Below are positions 1 through 12,810 of a stretch of DNA of 64,000 nt, in pieces. This stretch comes from Amoebophrya sp. A120. Its lineage: Eukaryota; Protista; Dinoflagellata. The stretch is from assembly GCA_905178155.1 (NCBI GenBank), contig CAJINV010000011.1:307914-371913 (forward strand), given 5' to 3'. Both the position numbers and the translations under genes were made by a program. The notes under the pieces were generated by a model. The model made no database searches, was not told the DNA's origin, and was given only the letters and a program-made list of their open reading frames with translations. Each line of letters begins with the position of its first letter. Position 1 is the first letter of the stretch.

Positions 1-1630
1 CTAGGTCGGTGCGCCCCCAAATGTATGAAGGCGGCCTTTTGGGTTGCCGAAAATGACCCCCCCCCTGGCCAAGAGTTAGATCGGTGCGCCCCCAAATGAG
101 GGCCGGCCTTCCGGGATGCCGCAAATTGCCTCCTTCCGGCCCAGAATTTTGTCGGCGCGCCCCCGAAGGAGGGCGGCCTTTTGGGTTGCCGAAAATGACC
201 CCCCCTGGCCCAGAGGTAGGTCGGTGTGCCCCCAAATGAAGGCGGGCCTTCCGGGATGCCAAAAATTGCCCCTTTTTGGCCCGGAATTAGGTCGGTGCGC
301 CCCCAAATGAAGGCGGCTCTTTGGGTTGCCGAAAATGCCCCCCCAACCCCCGCCCAGAACTAGGTCGGTGCCTGCGCCCCCAAATGAAGGCGGCCACCTG
401 GGTTGCCGAAAATGACCCCCCCATGGCCCGGAGTTAGGTCGGTGCGCCCCCAAATGAAGGCGGGCTTTCCGGGATGCCAAAAGCCGCCCCCTTCTGGCCC
501 GGAATTAGGTCGGTGCGCCCCCAAATGAAGGCGGCCTTTTGGGTTGCCGAAAATGCCCCCCCTTGCCCAGAATTAGGTCGGTGCGCCCCCTCATGAAGGC
601 GGCCTTTTGGGTTGCCGAAAATGACCCCCCCCTGGCCCAGGGTTAGGTCGGTGCGCCCCCAAATGAGGGCGGGCCTTCCGGGATGCCAAAAATTGCCCTC
701 TTCCGGCCCAGAATTAGGTCGGCGCGCCCCTAAGTGAGGGCGGCCTTTTGGGTTGCCGAAAATGACCCCCCCCCGGGCCCAGAGTTAGATCGGCGCGCCC
801 CCAAAGGAAGGCGGGCCTTCCGGGATGCCAAAAGCCGCCCCCCTCTGGCCCAGAATTAGATCGGTGCGCCCCCAAATGAAGGCAGCCTTTTGGGCTGCCG
901 AAAATGCCCCCCCCCCTCGCCCAGAATTAGGTCGGTGCGCCCCCAAATGAAGGCGGGCTTCCCGGGATGCCAGAAATTTCTCCGCTCAGGCCCAGAATTG
1001 GGTCAGTGCGCCCCCAAATGAAGGCGGCCTTTTGGGTCGCCGAAAATGCCCCCCCTCGCCCAGAGTTAGGTCGGTGCGCCCCCAAATGAAGGCGGCCTTT
1101 TTTGGGTTGCCGAAAATGCCCCCCCCTCGCCCAGAATTAGGTCGGTGCGCCCCCAAACGAAGGCGGGCCTTCCGGGATGCCAAAAATTGCCCCCTGCTGG
1201 CCCAGAATCAGGTCGGTGCGCCCCCAAATAAAGGCGGCCTTTTGGGTTGCCGAAAATGACCCCCCCCCTGGCCGAGAGTTAGATCGGCCCTATTCCAGAA
1301 TTAGTTCGGTGCGCCCCCAACAAGAAGGCGGGCCTTTTGCGATGCCAAAAATTGCCGTCTTTTGGCCCAGAATTAGGAAGGTCGGCGCGCCCCCAAATGC
1401 AGGCGGGCCTTTTGGGGTGCCGAAAATGAGCGCCCTCTGGCCCCGAATTAAATCGGTGCGCCGCTGACGGAAAGCGGCCCTTCTGGTTTTGGGGTAGCCA
1501 AAATGAGCCCCACTGGCCCAGAATTACGTCGGTGCGCCGCCAACGAAAGGAGGGCTACGCTTTTTCGAGTGCCAAAAATGAGTCGCCTCTGGCCCAATTG
1601 AATTAGGTCGGTGCGCCGCCAACGGAAGGG
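1..1630. repeat. Tandem satellite, ~70-bp unit, ~23 copies, two alternating variants (possibly subtelomeric)
   Basis: Core GGCCCAGAATTAGGTCGGTGCGCCCCCAAATGAAGGCGG recurs about every 70 bp, followed by variant A (CCTTTTGGGTTGCCGAAAATGACCCCC) or B (GCCTTCCGGGATGCCAAAAATTGCC); degenerates after ~1270. Confidence 0.95.
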
Positions 1631-4628
1631 TGCCCCGCAACAGCCGCATTCCGGGCGTAAAATTTGACCCGGAGCTCCCTCGCTGAGGCGCTGCCCGGAG
1701 GCGGGCCGCTTCGAGTGTCCCAAGTCGGCCTGTTTGAGCCCCGGCTTTGCTCACGGCGCCGCTAACGCAAGCGAAACATCGGAAAGCCACTACGACGTGC
1801 CGGACTAGCGCGTGCATCTCTCCCCGCTTCAGTGGCTTCACCTTTTTAAGGACGCTCCCCAAGTCTTTTTGTTGCTTGCTTGCTGTCGCTTCTGATCAGA
1901 ATGTAAATCCACCTATAGTACACTTCCGGGTCATCTCGCAAGAGGAATATACATCGCAGCTTTTTCTCATCCTGATGGGTTTCGCACCGCATGAGAGACT
2001 ACTCGTGCGGCGACTCCACCAGCCTTGCTACGCGTTTCGGCTTCCACCATCGATGCCCATACGCACCACCTCGCTTCGACGTCTCATCCGTGCTGGTGAT
2101 CGTGAAGTAAATATATAATTTTGGTTTTGCACATGCGCCACCATAGACCAATCTGTAGTTTTCTGACTCTGCCTGATGCTTCACAACACGACTCCATTTT
2201 TTGTTCATCAGTGTTTCAGCGAACGCAAAATATCTATCAATGCGAGGCGATGGTAATCTTCATCCAGGACATCAATATGACTGCTGGCGATAAAAAAAAT
2301 TTTCTCTCATCTCCTTTTATTTCCCTCTCTCTGCAATTTCAGCAAAATGGATGAAAAAATAAAAATGACCGATGAATATACGGGTGAGAACAAGAAGAAA
2401 ATACGATATAGATTTTACCCGACCATGAACGATGAATACGTGGCCAGAGTGATCACGTAGGTTAAGTGCCTTGACAGGGTTGGATAAGTGCCGTGCTCAG
2501 ATTCGCATTCTAATTACTCTGAGGTCCCTACTGAACAGGTACGTCAACCAGAAACGAATTGTCTGTCCAGATGTGCGCCCGACCACGACTACAGGACAAA
2601 AGATCACTTTTACGACAAAAAACGACGAATGGAACGAAAATTCCCGCTGAAAAGAAATATATCGAGGGAGAATCGTTTCTACGCATTCTCTTGAGCTGCG
2701 ATGGTGCTTTGCAACATAAGTAGGCGAAACCACATTCATCCGGAACCGTTCCGAATTACTGGAAGTCATCATATCTTCCGATGTTTCATTTCCACCTGCA
2801 GTCGAGTGGTTTCACGTAGACTTTCTTGGAAACGAATGGAAATCTTGGGGTAAGTGATTCCAAATTCATCTTGTTCCTCGATCACATCCAATCTTCACTT
2901 GCGCTCGTGGTGTCATTTAAACGCCGTTTTACGCACAACAAACTTGACTTCGCTACAATTGCTCGGCAACATACAATGTGTGTTGCCAGGTTGTATCAGT
3001 CAATTTGTGAATGAAAGTGTGATTATTTGCGGCAACGACAACCAGAGTGGCATAACAAAGATCATGCGAAGGTGTTGTATTTTTATAAGTTGTATAAATG
3101 TTGATGTTCCCATATCAGATCCGCACGATCGGCGTCGCGCTAGTGATGCTCCTGTTCATCTATCTTACACATTCATATTTTCAAACCTGAAACGGAAACT
3201 GAAAAATTAGAATATCTCAAGCTCAACGTTCATACAATAGTTGCTACGCTTCTAATGAAATACAAATAATTCGTGATCGTGAGTAATATAGGCGGGCCTC
3301 GGGGCTTAAATACTTCTCTCACGGAAAAATGCGACGACTGAGGACATTCCAAATTTAAATAGAAACCGCTTCATAGGATTCGAGATCGAGGCTCACACTG
3401 AATATAGAAAAACTTTCGAATTGTTTGCTGAAATCCACTTGAGGCTTTGGTCGTATGTCGCGCTGTTCACAGAAAAATAACTACTTCTCCATGAAAAGCA
3501 AAAGTTCGTAGACAAGTGCACTTGTCGAGAGCTTGCATAGAAGACAAAGGAAACAGGTGCTCAAGGATGGTATGAGCTCCTCCGCCTATTCCTCTTCTTC
3601 ACCCCATCCCCATGCAATGGAAACATTAACATTTACATGACTTGTTCTTTTTCTAAGTACTGTCCTCCTCTTGCGTCCACGTCCGTGTATAATTGCACAT
3701 TTGGCAATTTTTTAGTTCCTTCTCCTGCGGTGGGAGAAGATATCGCCGGAGCGTGATACTTCTATTTTCAGAGCGATAATATGAGGTGGTATTTATTATA
3801 TACTGATTCAAAAAAATCTTGAATGATCAAATTTGAAACGTTTTAGCCGGACCAGCTGGAGTTTTTTGGCGTCTGACATGCGCGCACTACGGTGCGGCGG
3901 CAAAAGATTTTTTTTCATTCTGACGCAGATAAATGTAAAACCAGTAGAGAAAGGGCTGGTAATACGCCGGAACGACGAAAGTAGATCTATATTCCATTGC
4001 TGATAATTCTGATCACATTTATACTTAATCCAATACGCTGATAACTTAGCTTAATCATTCTTGTTGCTGTATCGAAGTAAGCCACTTGCGATTCGTATCT
4101 GTCGAGTATACTCTCTGCAATATTCTCCTCCCAATTAATTTTGCTGCAGCGTGAAGGTGTGAGAGAAACACTCAATTTGCATTTTCCAACCTGCGATGTA
4201 TACATGTCATAGGAGCACTGGCATCTGCATCTTGTCATATAATTTTCGCCACAGATTATTTACATCGACGAACGCCGAGGTATGCGGCAGTTACGTTGTA
4301 GTAAAAGTTGCGACAGACCTCTATCCGGAAGATAACCGTGGTAAAAATGGATACGTCGACTAATCGTTTGCTTAATTTTGCACTGCCTGACCCTGACCGA
4401 TGCAGAAACTACAATTTATCATTTACATCCATGATTACTTGCGCTTCACCGATCAGAATGCAAAGCGTCGTCCTATGGTATTCAGCGAAAGCTCGTAGAT
4501 CATGATTGCCGTGTATCGCACTGCTGCCACGACGAAATTTAATTTCGACACACGTACTACATAAAGACAAACATGCGGAATATCACGTACAAATATTGTT
4601 GCACTTGCTGCAACTGACCCTACTTGAG

Positions 4629-5099
4629 CTAGCAATGGCGTTCGCGCTTCGCTGGTGGGGGTTGGAGTTCCCCTGCGAGGTCCGAGGTGTGGTACTCGAA
4701 GCTGGATCGCTTGTCCGGCGACTGGCTCCTCTTGAAAACCAGGTTGTATTGGTGATTTCCACGCAGCCCGAGGGTCTCGGTCTTGTAGCGTTCCGCGCGG
4801 GGGCGGAACACGTACAGGTGATCTTTGGACACCTCGAGGACCGTGTCGTGCCACGCCTTGCAGATATTCGGTTTCGATCCTCGGTTCACTTTTTCGACCT
4901 TTACGATCTGCGGTTTGGCCGCAGTGTCCTTTTTGTTGTTCTGCGCCTTCTCCTCCATCGAAACCGGCACTGCTGTATCCTTCACTTGCATGCCGTCCGC
5001 AGTCGTTGCCCGCTTCTTTTGTTGCCCCCCAGGTCTGACTTTTACGACCTGCAGCTGCGATGTGTTGGACAGTTCGAACTTCCATTCTTCCGCCTCCAA
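4629..5099 (-). CDS. Hypothetical protein or terminal exon (possibly degenerate)
   Basis: 156-aa ORF on the same strand as all other genes; an in-frame TGA lies just upstream; no motif recognised. Confidence 0.3.
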   Translation of the reverse strand: MEAEEWKFELSNTSQLQVVKVRPGGQQKKRATTADGMQVKDTAVPVSMEEKAQNNKKDTAAKPQIVKVEKVNRGSKPNICKAWHDTVLEVSKDHLYVFRPRAERYKTETLGLRGNHQYNLVFKRSQSPDKRSSFEYHTSDLAGELQPPPAKRERHC

Positions 5100-5303
5100 T
5101 CAAGTTGAAAACAGTTCCCTCGCATCTTGCAAAAAATCTTCTTCGTCAATTCTTACATTAGGCAAACGTAGTGTGGGAAAGGTGGCATGACAAAGTATCT
5201 ACATACTTCTTCCTCTTGTTCTAATTTAGACTTTTTACGAGAAGAAGAAGATTAGCACAAGATAACAGATTAGTGTGCATGCAAAGGACGGCTGAGGTAC
5301 TTA

Positions 5304-5857
5304 CTCGTTCGCCGAGTGCTGCACATGCATGATTCTGCGGGCCAGGGAAGTATTTTCAACATGATACCCTCTGGATTTTCCTGCTTGCAGACGGTTTTTC
5401 CGTGATGCAGTGGTACACGACTACCTTCCTTCGTTATGCATTGCAAATATGTCTGAGTCTGGAGATTTGTGATGTTAGTGTGTGCCCAAGAAAGCGAAAT
5501 AATTGTAAACCGCCTTCTAGTCCGAGCAACGCATGACGCATTTTTGAGCTGCTAATGGTAATTAATCAATATGAATGTATATGCCTTTCGTAAACGCATG
5601 AGAAATTGCATCAGTCCAAAGGCATGTTGTCAACATTATATTTTCTAGTGGAGAGCTGAAAGGAAACTGAATCCCAATACGCATGACAGATTTTCGTCTG
5701 CTGTTGCCGCAGAGAGAGAAACCTCGCAACCCTCCACACCAAAACATATTCGCAATGCATACTCCGGAAGACTTTACCAAATGCTCCAGCGCCCCCTGCA
5801 CTTCTACCCCAGTACGGACGGATCGGATGTCGGTTCCGGGCTGTTTGGATTTCATGT
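5304..5857 (-). CDS. Possible protein-kinase N-lobe fragment split by an introner
   Basis: A frame absent from the ORF track reads ...SAGGAGAFGKVF; after removing 5435-5761 plus 5 nt it continues ...EGIMLKILP (Gly-loop and VAIK-like motifs) to a GTAAGT donor; no HRD or DFG motif found. Confidence 0.35.
5435..5761. mobile_element. Introner (GTCTGGGTCTGG TIR family, degenerate)
   Basis: TATGCATTGCAAATATGTCTGAGTCTGGAG...CTCCACACCAAAACATATTCGCAATGCATA; flanks TTCGT/CTCCG are poorly matched. Confidence 0.75.
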
Positions 5858-6325
5858 CTGAATCAGTAGCTCAGTTTGATCTTTATGGCCCTGGAAAAAA
5901 TGCGTATTGCTTGTTATTGGTATTGCTTCGATCGTGGCATAAGAAACAAAAGGCTACTTAAATCAAAAACGACTCCTGCTTTTAAAAATAAGTATACCTG
6001 GTCCTGAACTGCCACGACGCCAGTGACTTTTGCGTTATCGTGTCCCGAGGCAGGCCGCGCAACTAATTCCGGTCTTCCACTCCCGATCTGCTGAATTTTC
6101 TCGGCGAGCTGGTGCGGGCTTTCAATTTGATCTGCCACAGAGCGGCTCTCGTCCTCCGGCTTCTTGTTCTTCCCCTGATCAATAATGCGTGTAGTTGTAC
6201 TATCAGCATGTAATCATGTAAAATCATGAACATGGACATAAAATCAAGTAAGTATGAAGATCTGTGCGCTTGAGTCGACTTGGTGAAGATATCGTCCATC
6301 TCAATCCTGATACTACATGATCACA

Positions 6326-7600
6326 TCAACGGTGTGGAATAAACTTCGTCAGTACCTCATTCTGTTTTTCATCCGAGATCGCTCCGCTAGCAGCCATCGC
6401 AGCCCAGCGCTTCGCGTACTCCGCGGCGTTTTCTGCAGTGACGAAAATTGTCTTCGGAGTGAACTTGGAGTCGGAGTTGGAAGAGGCCATTGTGATGCCT
6501 TCTTCGCAGAACCGCTTTCGGGTTTCCGCTATGCTGCGCAAAAATAATACCGCGCTCGTAGTAGTTGCAGTCATACATGACAAAATGAAAATTCCTTTGC
6601 AAGGTAAAACAGCATTACAACTTGCATTGATTTGTCATGCTAAGCTAATTTGTACGTGCAATTTTTCCGTAGTACGACATCACCTTTGCACTGCATATCG
6701 GAACTCAAGGACGAATACTCGCTGCAGCGCTGAGCCAAATGGCCAGCGAGCCACTGTTGGGTTTGTTGCAGGAAAGGCAGTGTTTGTTGGATGTTTGCCG
6801 CGCGTCCGTCCGATGCGAACTTTTCGAGCTCGTACTGAAATCCAGGATTGGGACTGATGATCGGCCGCACGATGAGGAGGGTTGCTAGCAAAAACTCGAG
6901 GTCCTCCTTGCTCAGGCCGAACAGAGTCAACAGGTATGCTAAAAACAACGTCACCGAGCGACTGCAGCCGATAGCACAATGAATGTACAGCAATATTCCG
7001 TGTTCGCGCTGCGCAGCCCCGCTATCACGCACCAGGAGGTCCAGGTTGTTTTCCACGCTGGTAGAAGTTGAAGTGAACGTGGATTTACTCGAGGGCACAA
7101 ACCTGTTTTATGCATGTGGAATCATTTGAATTGTGGTTTGATGCGCTGCTGCGGCGATGCAGCATTTTTCTCCGGAAACAATGCATCCCAAGCATCTTCA
7201 AGGAACATGAACAAGAGAGCCTCACATCATGTGATGGACGCTCGATGATCCACAAAAGAATAGTACCGGCTTGTGTGGACGGTATTCTGCTGCTCCAGAT
7301 GCTCCAAGCATTCCCGCAGATGCGCAGCCGAGGTCGTATTGAAGTCCTCGATGTCCATTTTCGCTTGCGTTCCAGTTGCGAGCCGGGAAACTGCTTGGTG
7401 CTGCAGCTTGACGGCGCGGGCGAATTCAGCCGCGAACGCCGGCGCTGAATCCTCGTGGTCCGAGATGTTTCTGATGTGCTCCAGTTGCGCTGTGGGGTCT
7501 TGGACTGTGACCGCGCAAGCGGCGAGGCAGTGGGTGATCGTTTTTCGCAACGCCGCACTGAACTGGACCGCGTGGTGCTCAAAATGGTCGCAGGGGCCAA
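6326..7600 (-). CDS. Dual-specificity protein phosphatase (multi-exon; ends uncertain)
   Basis: IHCAIGCSRS (HCxxGxSRS), AYLL and RPIISPNPGFQYEL in ORF 6640..7098; upstream exon 7227..7550 has ITHCL and DIEDF; frame continues across introner 6530-6697. Confidence 0.75.
6530..6697. mobile_element. Introner (short class)
   Basis: TATGCTGCGCAAAA...CTTTGCACTGCATA; direct repeat TCCGC/TCGGA; removal joins ...SLS to ETRKRF in frame. Confidence 0.8.
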
Positions 7601-8059
7601 GTTATAGCAATAGAAATTCCCCTCGTTCCGGACCTGGATATCCGGAGCACTTGCTCCTCAACAAAAAATAATGATTCCCAATGCAGGTTTTAGAAGTAGT
7701 TGACGTTCACGACACAACTGGGGGCATCTACATTTCTTGAACAAAAATGCACGACTCCGACATCATGCGGCATGCACGATGTACGACGACTCCGCATGCG
7801 GACCTTACCGAAGGAACGTGTATAGCAGGTCCTAAATCTAGATGTCATGTTGAGAACCATTCTGCCGTCTGATGCCTAGCATGTTCTTCATCGGGAAGGA
7901 GGGGCGCTTCTAGTGCAATAGGATCACAACGCCTGGCACGATCATCGTTCCGTAATCGGTACTGTTTTCAACAGTTCTAATCCGGTTCCGTACTTGCCTT
8001 GTAACTGATCGCTTCACCACGACCTGGCAGCGTTTTATTTTCAACTGCAGTGCACAACT

Positions 8060-8683
8060 TTAACTTTTCTTGCCTGCAAAACACCAACGCATGGATACAC
8101 TTGGGCAACAAGTTGTAGTTTTCATGAATGAAGAAGGTTTTTTGGTAATGCAAGAACACAAATCGATAAATGAAGACGAAACCCAAACAAGGACTACCTG
8201 CCCCTCCTGCTCCACCTTCTGCTTCTTAGGCTGCTTCTCCGTTGATGTCGAACTGGAGCTAATATTTGCAGTGCCATGCTGGCTCACATTCCCGTTTTTC
8301 AATTCCGCTATCGACTTCATGGCGCTGCTAGTACTGGAAGCCGAGCAAACCGATTTGCCTGTGGTCACAGCCGTCATTTCGGCGTTTTGCTGTCGCCCGG
8401 AAACCTAAATGTCAGAAATTTGCTTTGAAGATGATAAGGATTCGAGCTGCATGGAACAAACCTCGCCGAGATGCAAGAACTACGAAGGAAAGTTATAAGT
8501 AAAACTTCTTCGCGTGAAGCAAGCAACCCAAAATACCTTCCCATCTCCGGCTCTGCTCCCTTCGGGTGCGAAAGCGAAACTTGTCTGTGTCTTGTCGCCG
8601 GCGCAGGCCGAGGGGGCGGAGGTGAGCACAGTACTTGTAGATGCGCTACTCGATGCAGACCACTTGCTTGCAGCGTTCGTCAC
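8060..8683 (-). CDS. Ser/Thr-rich hypothetical exons (may belong to a neighbouring gene)
   Basis: ORFs 8480..8683 and 8060..8377 join in frame through a GT-AG intron at 8405-8536. Confidence 0.4.
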
Positions 8684-8999
8684 GTTCTGGATATTTTTTA
8701 TCGCGTTAGCGTTTTAGGTAAAACTATAAGTTTAAGCTCCATTTCTGATAGATCAAGCCGTGTCCATTCATTTTTCGTTTGCATGCAGAACGACATCACA
8801 GATTGATCCTGGTAGGCAAAACTCCAAACCTAAAGATGTTCATGCGCAGACGCATCGGCTTCGCTGCGTAATGACGTACCACTGCAAAGAGAAATAAGAC
8901 TCACACTACCTATGGCATCAATAGTCGAGTTGCTCTCGTGTCAGCATATGTTTGTAGCAGCGAATTTTATTTCCTGGAAGTTTATTATTCAAGTGATCT

Positions 9000-10220
9000 T
9001 TATACCTCTTCGGATTTCGTCTTGACGGTGGTGTCGCGTACGAGGAGCAAGTAGAACAAGGTCTTCGTCAGCTCTTTGTTCTCTCTGAGATCATGACCAT
9101 CGGGCGCATTCGCGTTCTTCTGGTTCAGCCCGAACTGCACCTGCACCGGGCTTTCGAGCTGAAAGAACAGTTTCTCCAAAAATTCGATGTCGCGCACCGG
9201 TAAGAGAGCTAGTTCCTTCTGCGCCTCCAGCAGCAATTCCGCTTTCACTTCCGTCGCTTCATTGCCCGTGAGAGATGACGCGTGTTTCTCGCAAGCTGCC
9301 AAAAGCGCCCTGGGGGTGGGCGAAGCTCCCGTGGCGCCGTGGTTGATTTCTCGTAGGACTTGCTGGAGAACCTTCTGGTGCTTCTCGAGAAAGGAGAGCA
9401 GGGAAGAGTCGTCGTTGGAGGTGAAAACTTGTTCCTGCTTGCGAAACAGGGAATCAACGGCACTGTCGACCTTGATTGAGTTGTATGCACCAGATAAACC
9501 ACGTTATTGAAGCAAAGTTAAAACGCAGTACAACGAACAGCGACATGCAAAAGAGGCGTAAGCAAGAAAGCTTTAGACGATGGCGAGCGATTAGGTTAAA
9601 AATTTCAAATCGACTTGCAAACCTCTACCTCCTCGATCACGTTTGTGTGCGTCTGACTAGTCGCGTCCCGTTTGGGGATACTTGCATCGTCGGTCTGGGC
9701 AGAAGAAGATGTCGCTGTAGTCGTGGTGGTCACCTTTATTCATTGCAAATGAAGATTCCTGCAATTTTCTGGTCTTGAGCTAATAGTTCTGCCACTGCTT
9801 CTAAATAAAACAAAGGGGGCAAAGGTAGTTGTCGTTCCTATATAAAAATATTGAGTGACAAAGACACGAATGGATTCCTGGACAAGGAAGGCAGCAAATT
9901 CTTTGACACATTTTTGCTCCCATTGCGCTCGGTTAAGATGTCGCGCAGACATGCTTCCTTGGCTATGCATATGCATATGCAAGAACATTGCAATTATTTC
10001 CATGCTTTTTCGCAAAAGATGTTTTTCTTTGCTTCGCAATAGATCTCTACTTGTGTCTCTACTCTTTGAACATAAACGCAAAATGAGAGGGAAAAAACTA
10101 TTTCGTACCTTGGTCGATCGCACCAATTCCGTCAGCCGCCTGATTTCCTTCTCTATCAAGCTGACATCTCTTTTTACGCCATGAACCAGCTCGTTGAGCC
10201 CCTGCAAAACCTCCTCCATG
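9000..10220 (-). CDS. Hypothetical helical/coiled-coil protein (multi-exon)
   Basis: Exon MEEVLQGLNELVHGVKRDVSLIEKEIRRLTELVRSTK followed by a GT donor, and an open frame ~9500-9000 ending KTKSEEV*. Confidence 0.4.
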
Positions 10221-12810
10221 ATCGTGGAGCTATTTATTCCAAGGGGAACAAGTGCCACAAAAACTATTGCAAAAGCAACGCCGTCTACTACTTTGCTCCG
10301 GTTCTTCTCTTTCTAATTTATTGTGGTCCTGTTTTTTCTATCTCGTAAATAATAATTTTTCAATGATTTGCGACTTCTGCGTCAATCGAAGTACTCGATA
10401 TTGGTGGTTCTTAGCTCTTCGACGTCCATTGCCTCAAGGCTTCGTTCTCCTCTCGTACTACTTACTCGTCTGAAGGTTCTTACGAAAGCTGCTGTAAAAG
10501 TTGAAGTGGTTGTTCCACTCGGGAACACCATGAACGCGGCTCCGGCCGCTCGAAAGACTTCGCACAAGAAACGAAGGTAAATACGCAAGTCGAAAAATAA
10601 ACTCCGAAACGAGTACGAGGTGAGCGACAATTATTGAACCAGAACGCCAAGGACGCAGCAGTACGCTTCACATGCTAAAGCGACGCTCGCTTCACACAGA
10701 TGCAACGGAATTCTCTCACAATATCAAGTGCAAGCATACATGTACCTATTAATTACAGCAAGCTATCGCTCCATCGCCAACCCCTCAACCAGTTAGGACC
10801 AAGAAGACCGAATAACCGTCTTTATCAATTTAGAAAAAAAAATAGATCTCGTTGCAACGTTCCCGCTTACGAGCTGCGATAAAAAGGAACAAAACATACT
10901 TCAATACTTAGATCGAGCGCGCGGCCCCTGCAATTATAGATCAACGCTGCAGCGGCACGGCAAACATGCAGGCCGCGCTGTCCGGCCCCATTGCTCGCAG
11001 CAGACCCCGCAGGGCGGGACTGCGCCACAAGGACGCGCCCAACAGACAGTGGCGGGGCCGTCCGAGGGCCCGGCCCGACGGGCTGCGTCGACAAGTAGCA
11101 GCCGGAATCAAAACATACGCGGCGAGCCGCTGCTCACAGAGCCCAGAAGGCCCGAACCGCTGCAGGGGCCAGTGGCGCAGACGGGCCCACAACGAAGCAA
11201 CACCTTCGCGGGGCACTCGGCCCGCCTTTGTGCCCCAGCATTCGGGGCATCGTTTGCTTCGAGCCTAGACGACGACCCGGGGCCTCCTATTCACTTTCGA
11301 AGGCGGCGATCTGGGACCTTTTTTGTCCCGGCCGCTAGGACGTGGGCGAGCGATCGTTGCGGCCCCAAGCTGGGCACCGAGTCGCCAGGGGTGAAGTGGC
11401 GGCATAGCGACAGTAAAACACCGGTCAGACAGGCCCGGAGCCGGCGCAGCTTTCCCATCACCTCCCAGGGAAGAGCGGGCAGGATATTTAGACGGGCCAC
11501 CTTCATCAGCACGGAGGCAACCCGACGCAGCGGAGGTATTGCTTGCGTCCGGAAAGGAGTCGCCATTCACCAACTTCTCCAACTTTGCGCAGACCGGCAC
11601 GCCATGCCTTCATGCTCCGAATCCGTTCGTCGCCATCGAGCTCCGCCATACTTCCTGCCGAGAGATTTCGGGACAACGCAATACGGTATCCCGATAACAC
11701 TACGTCGATATCACGAACACGATATGCTAAGGATAGGTCGTGATCTATTCCGAGGGAGAATTTCTACCTTTGTTACCTCGGGCAAGAAGTCAGAGTAGCC
11801 TTATTCCCTCGGATTATTTTTCGTGGTGCATGTGCGCTTGACTTATCATAATCTGCTACGCTCGATTATCACTCTCTCGACGAACAACAACTCTGCTCCC
11901 CCCTCCGAACAGAACGCACCTTGGAAGAACACAGTGTGGCCTCGCCGAACTTCTGGAAAGACACATTTTCAGAAAAGAGTTCTCCAAATGTCATGAAACA
12001 GAAATGCGCGGTAATTATGATAAAATTTCGTCACGATGTACATGTTATGTAGTCTAGTACTTACGTCAGTCTTAACTTCGCTTGATCACAAGGAGACGAT
12101 AGAGTCGGTGTCGGACCCTCCAGTTTGAAACGCTAGTTTCAAAGAAATGGCAATGCAGCTAGCAGATGATTTAATACACTTTCACTGAAATCTGCCTGAC
12201 CATGCGGGCGGGCTCTTTGGCTTTGCCCGGTTGACCATACCATCTGCTGCATTGGCCCGCAAGGATTGATCAACACTGCACCTGGCCTCCTGTCTTTTCG
12301 CTGCCGGTCGAACAGTCGTACCGGTATTCCCGGGCAGAAGATCATGCCCCGCTTGTCCCGCTCCTGCCGCCATCCGCGAAGATCCTCGAGGATACGCCGT
12401 GCTCTGGTCGTTGGTGACGCTGCGGGAACTTGGTTGTGATTTGCCGTCGAACTCATGAGGACCGCGTCGATCGGAGGAAGCAGCTCCTCGAGCGATTACA
12501 CTAGATGCGGTGGCAGACACCTGCGCCGTGTCGTTCTGCTTGCCTCCACACCCCTCCTCTTCCGACGAGGACAGGTACTGTGCAGGAATGGGCTGTCCCT
12601 GGTATCGCAGGCAAGAAAAATAATCCTCATCATGTCGACACAATTTGTTACTCTTTCAAGCTCAGAAGAGTGAGGAAGGCCGAGAGCGAGAGTCGATCTT
12701 TATTTCCATGAACGTGTAAAAAGCACACTTCTGCGTCGAAGTTGTACTCGAAGTCGAATCGCAAATTCTTTACAGATGTCGTGACACGCTAGCGACACCA
12801 ACACTCTGCA

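Noticed and set aside
76-1723. ORFs within the terminal satellite
   Set aside because: Products of a GC-rich tandem repeat, in shifting frames on both strands.
9964-9995. TATGCATATGCATATGC as an introner end
   Set aside because: No partner TIR with a matching 5-bp repeat found; treated as a short microsatellite.
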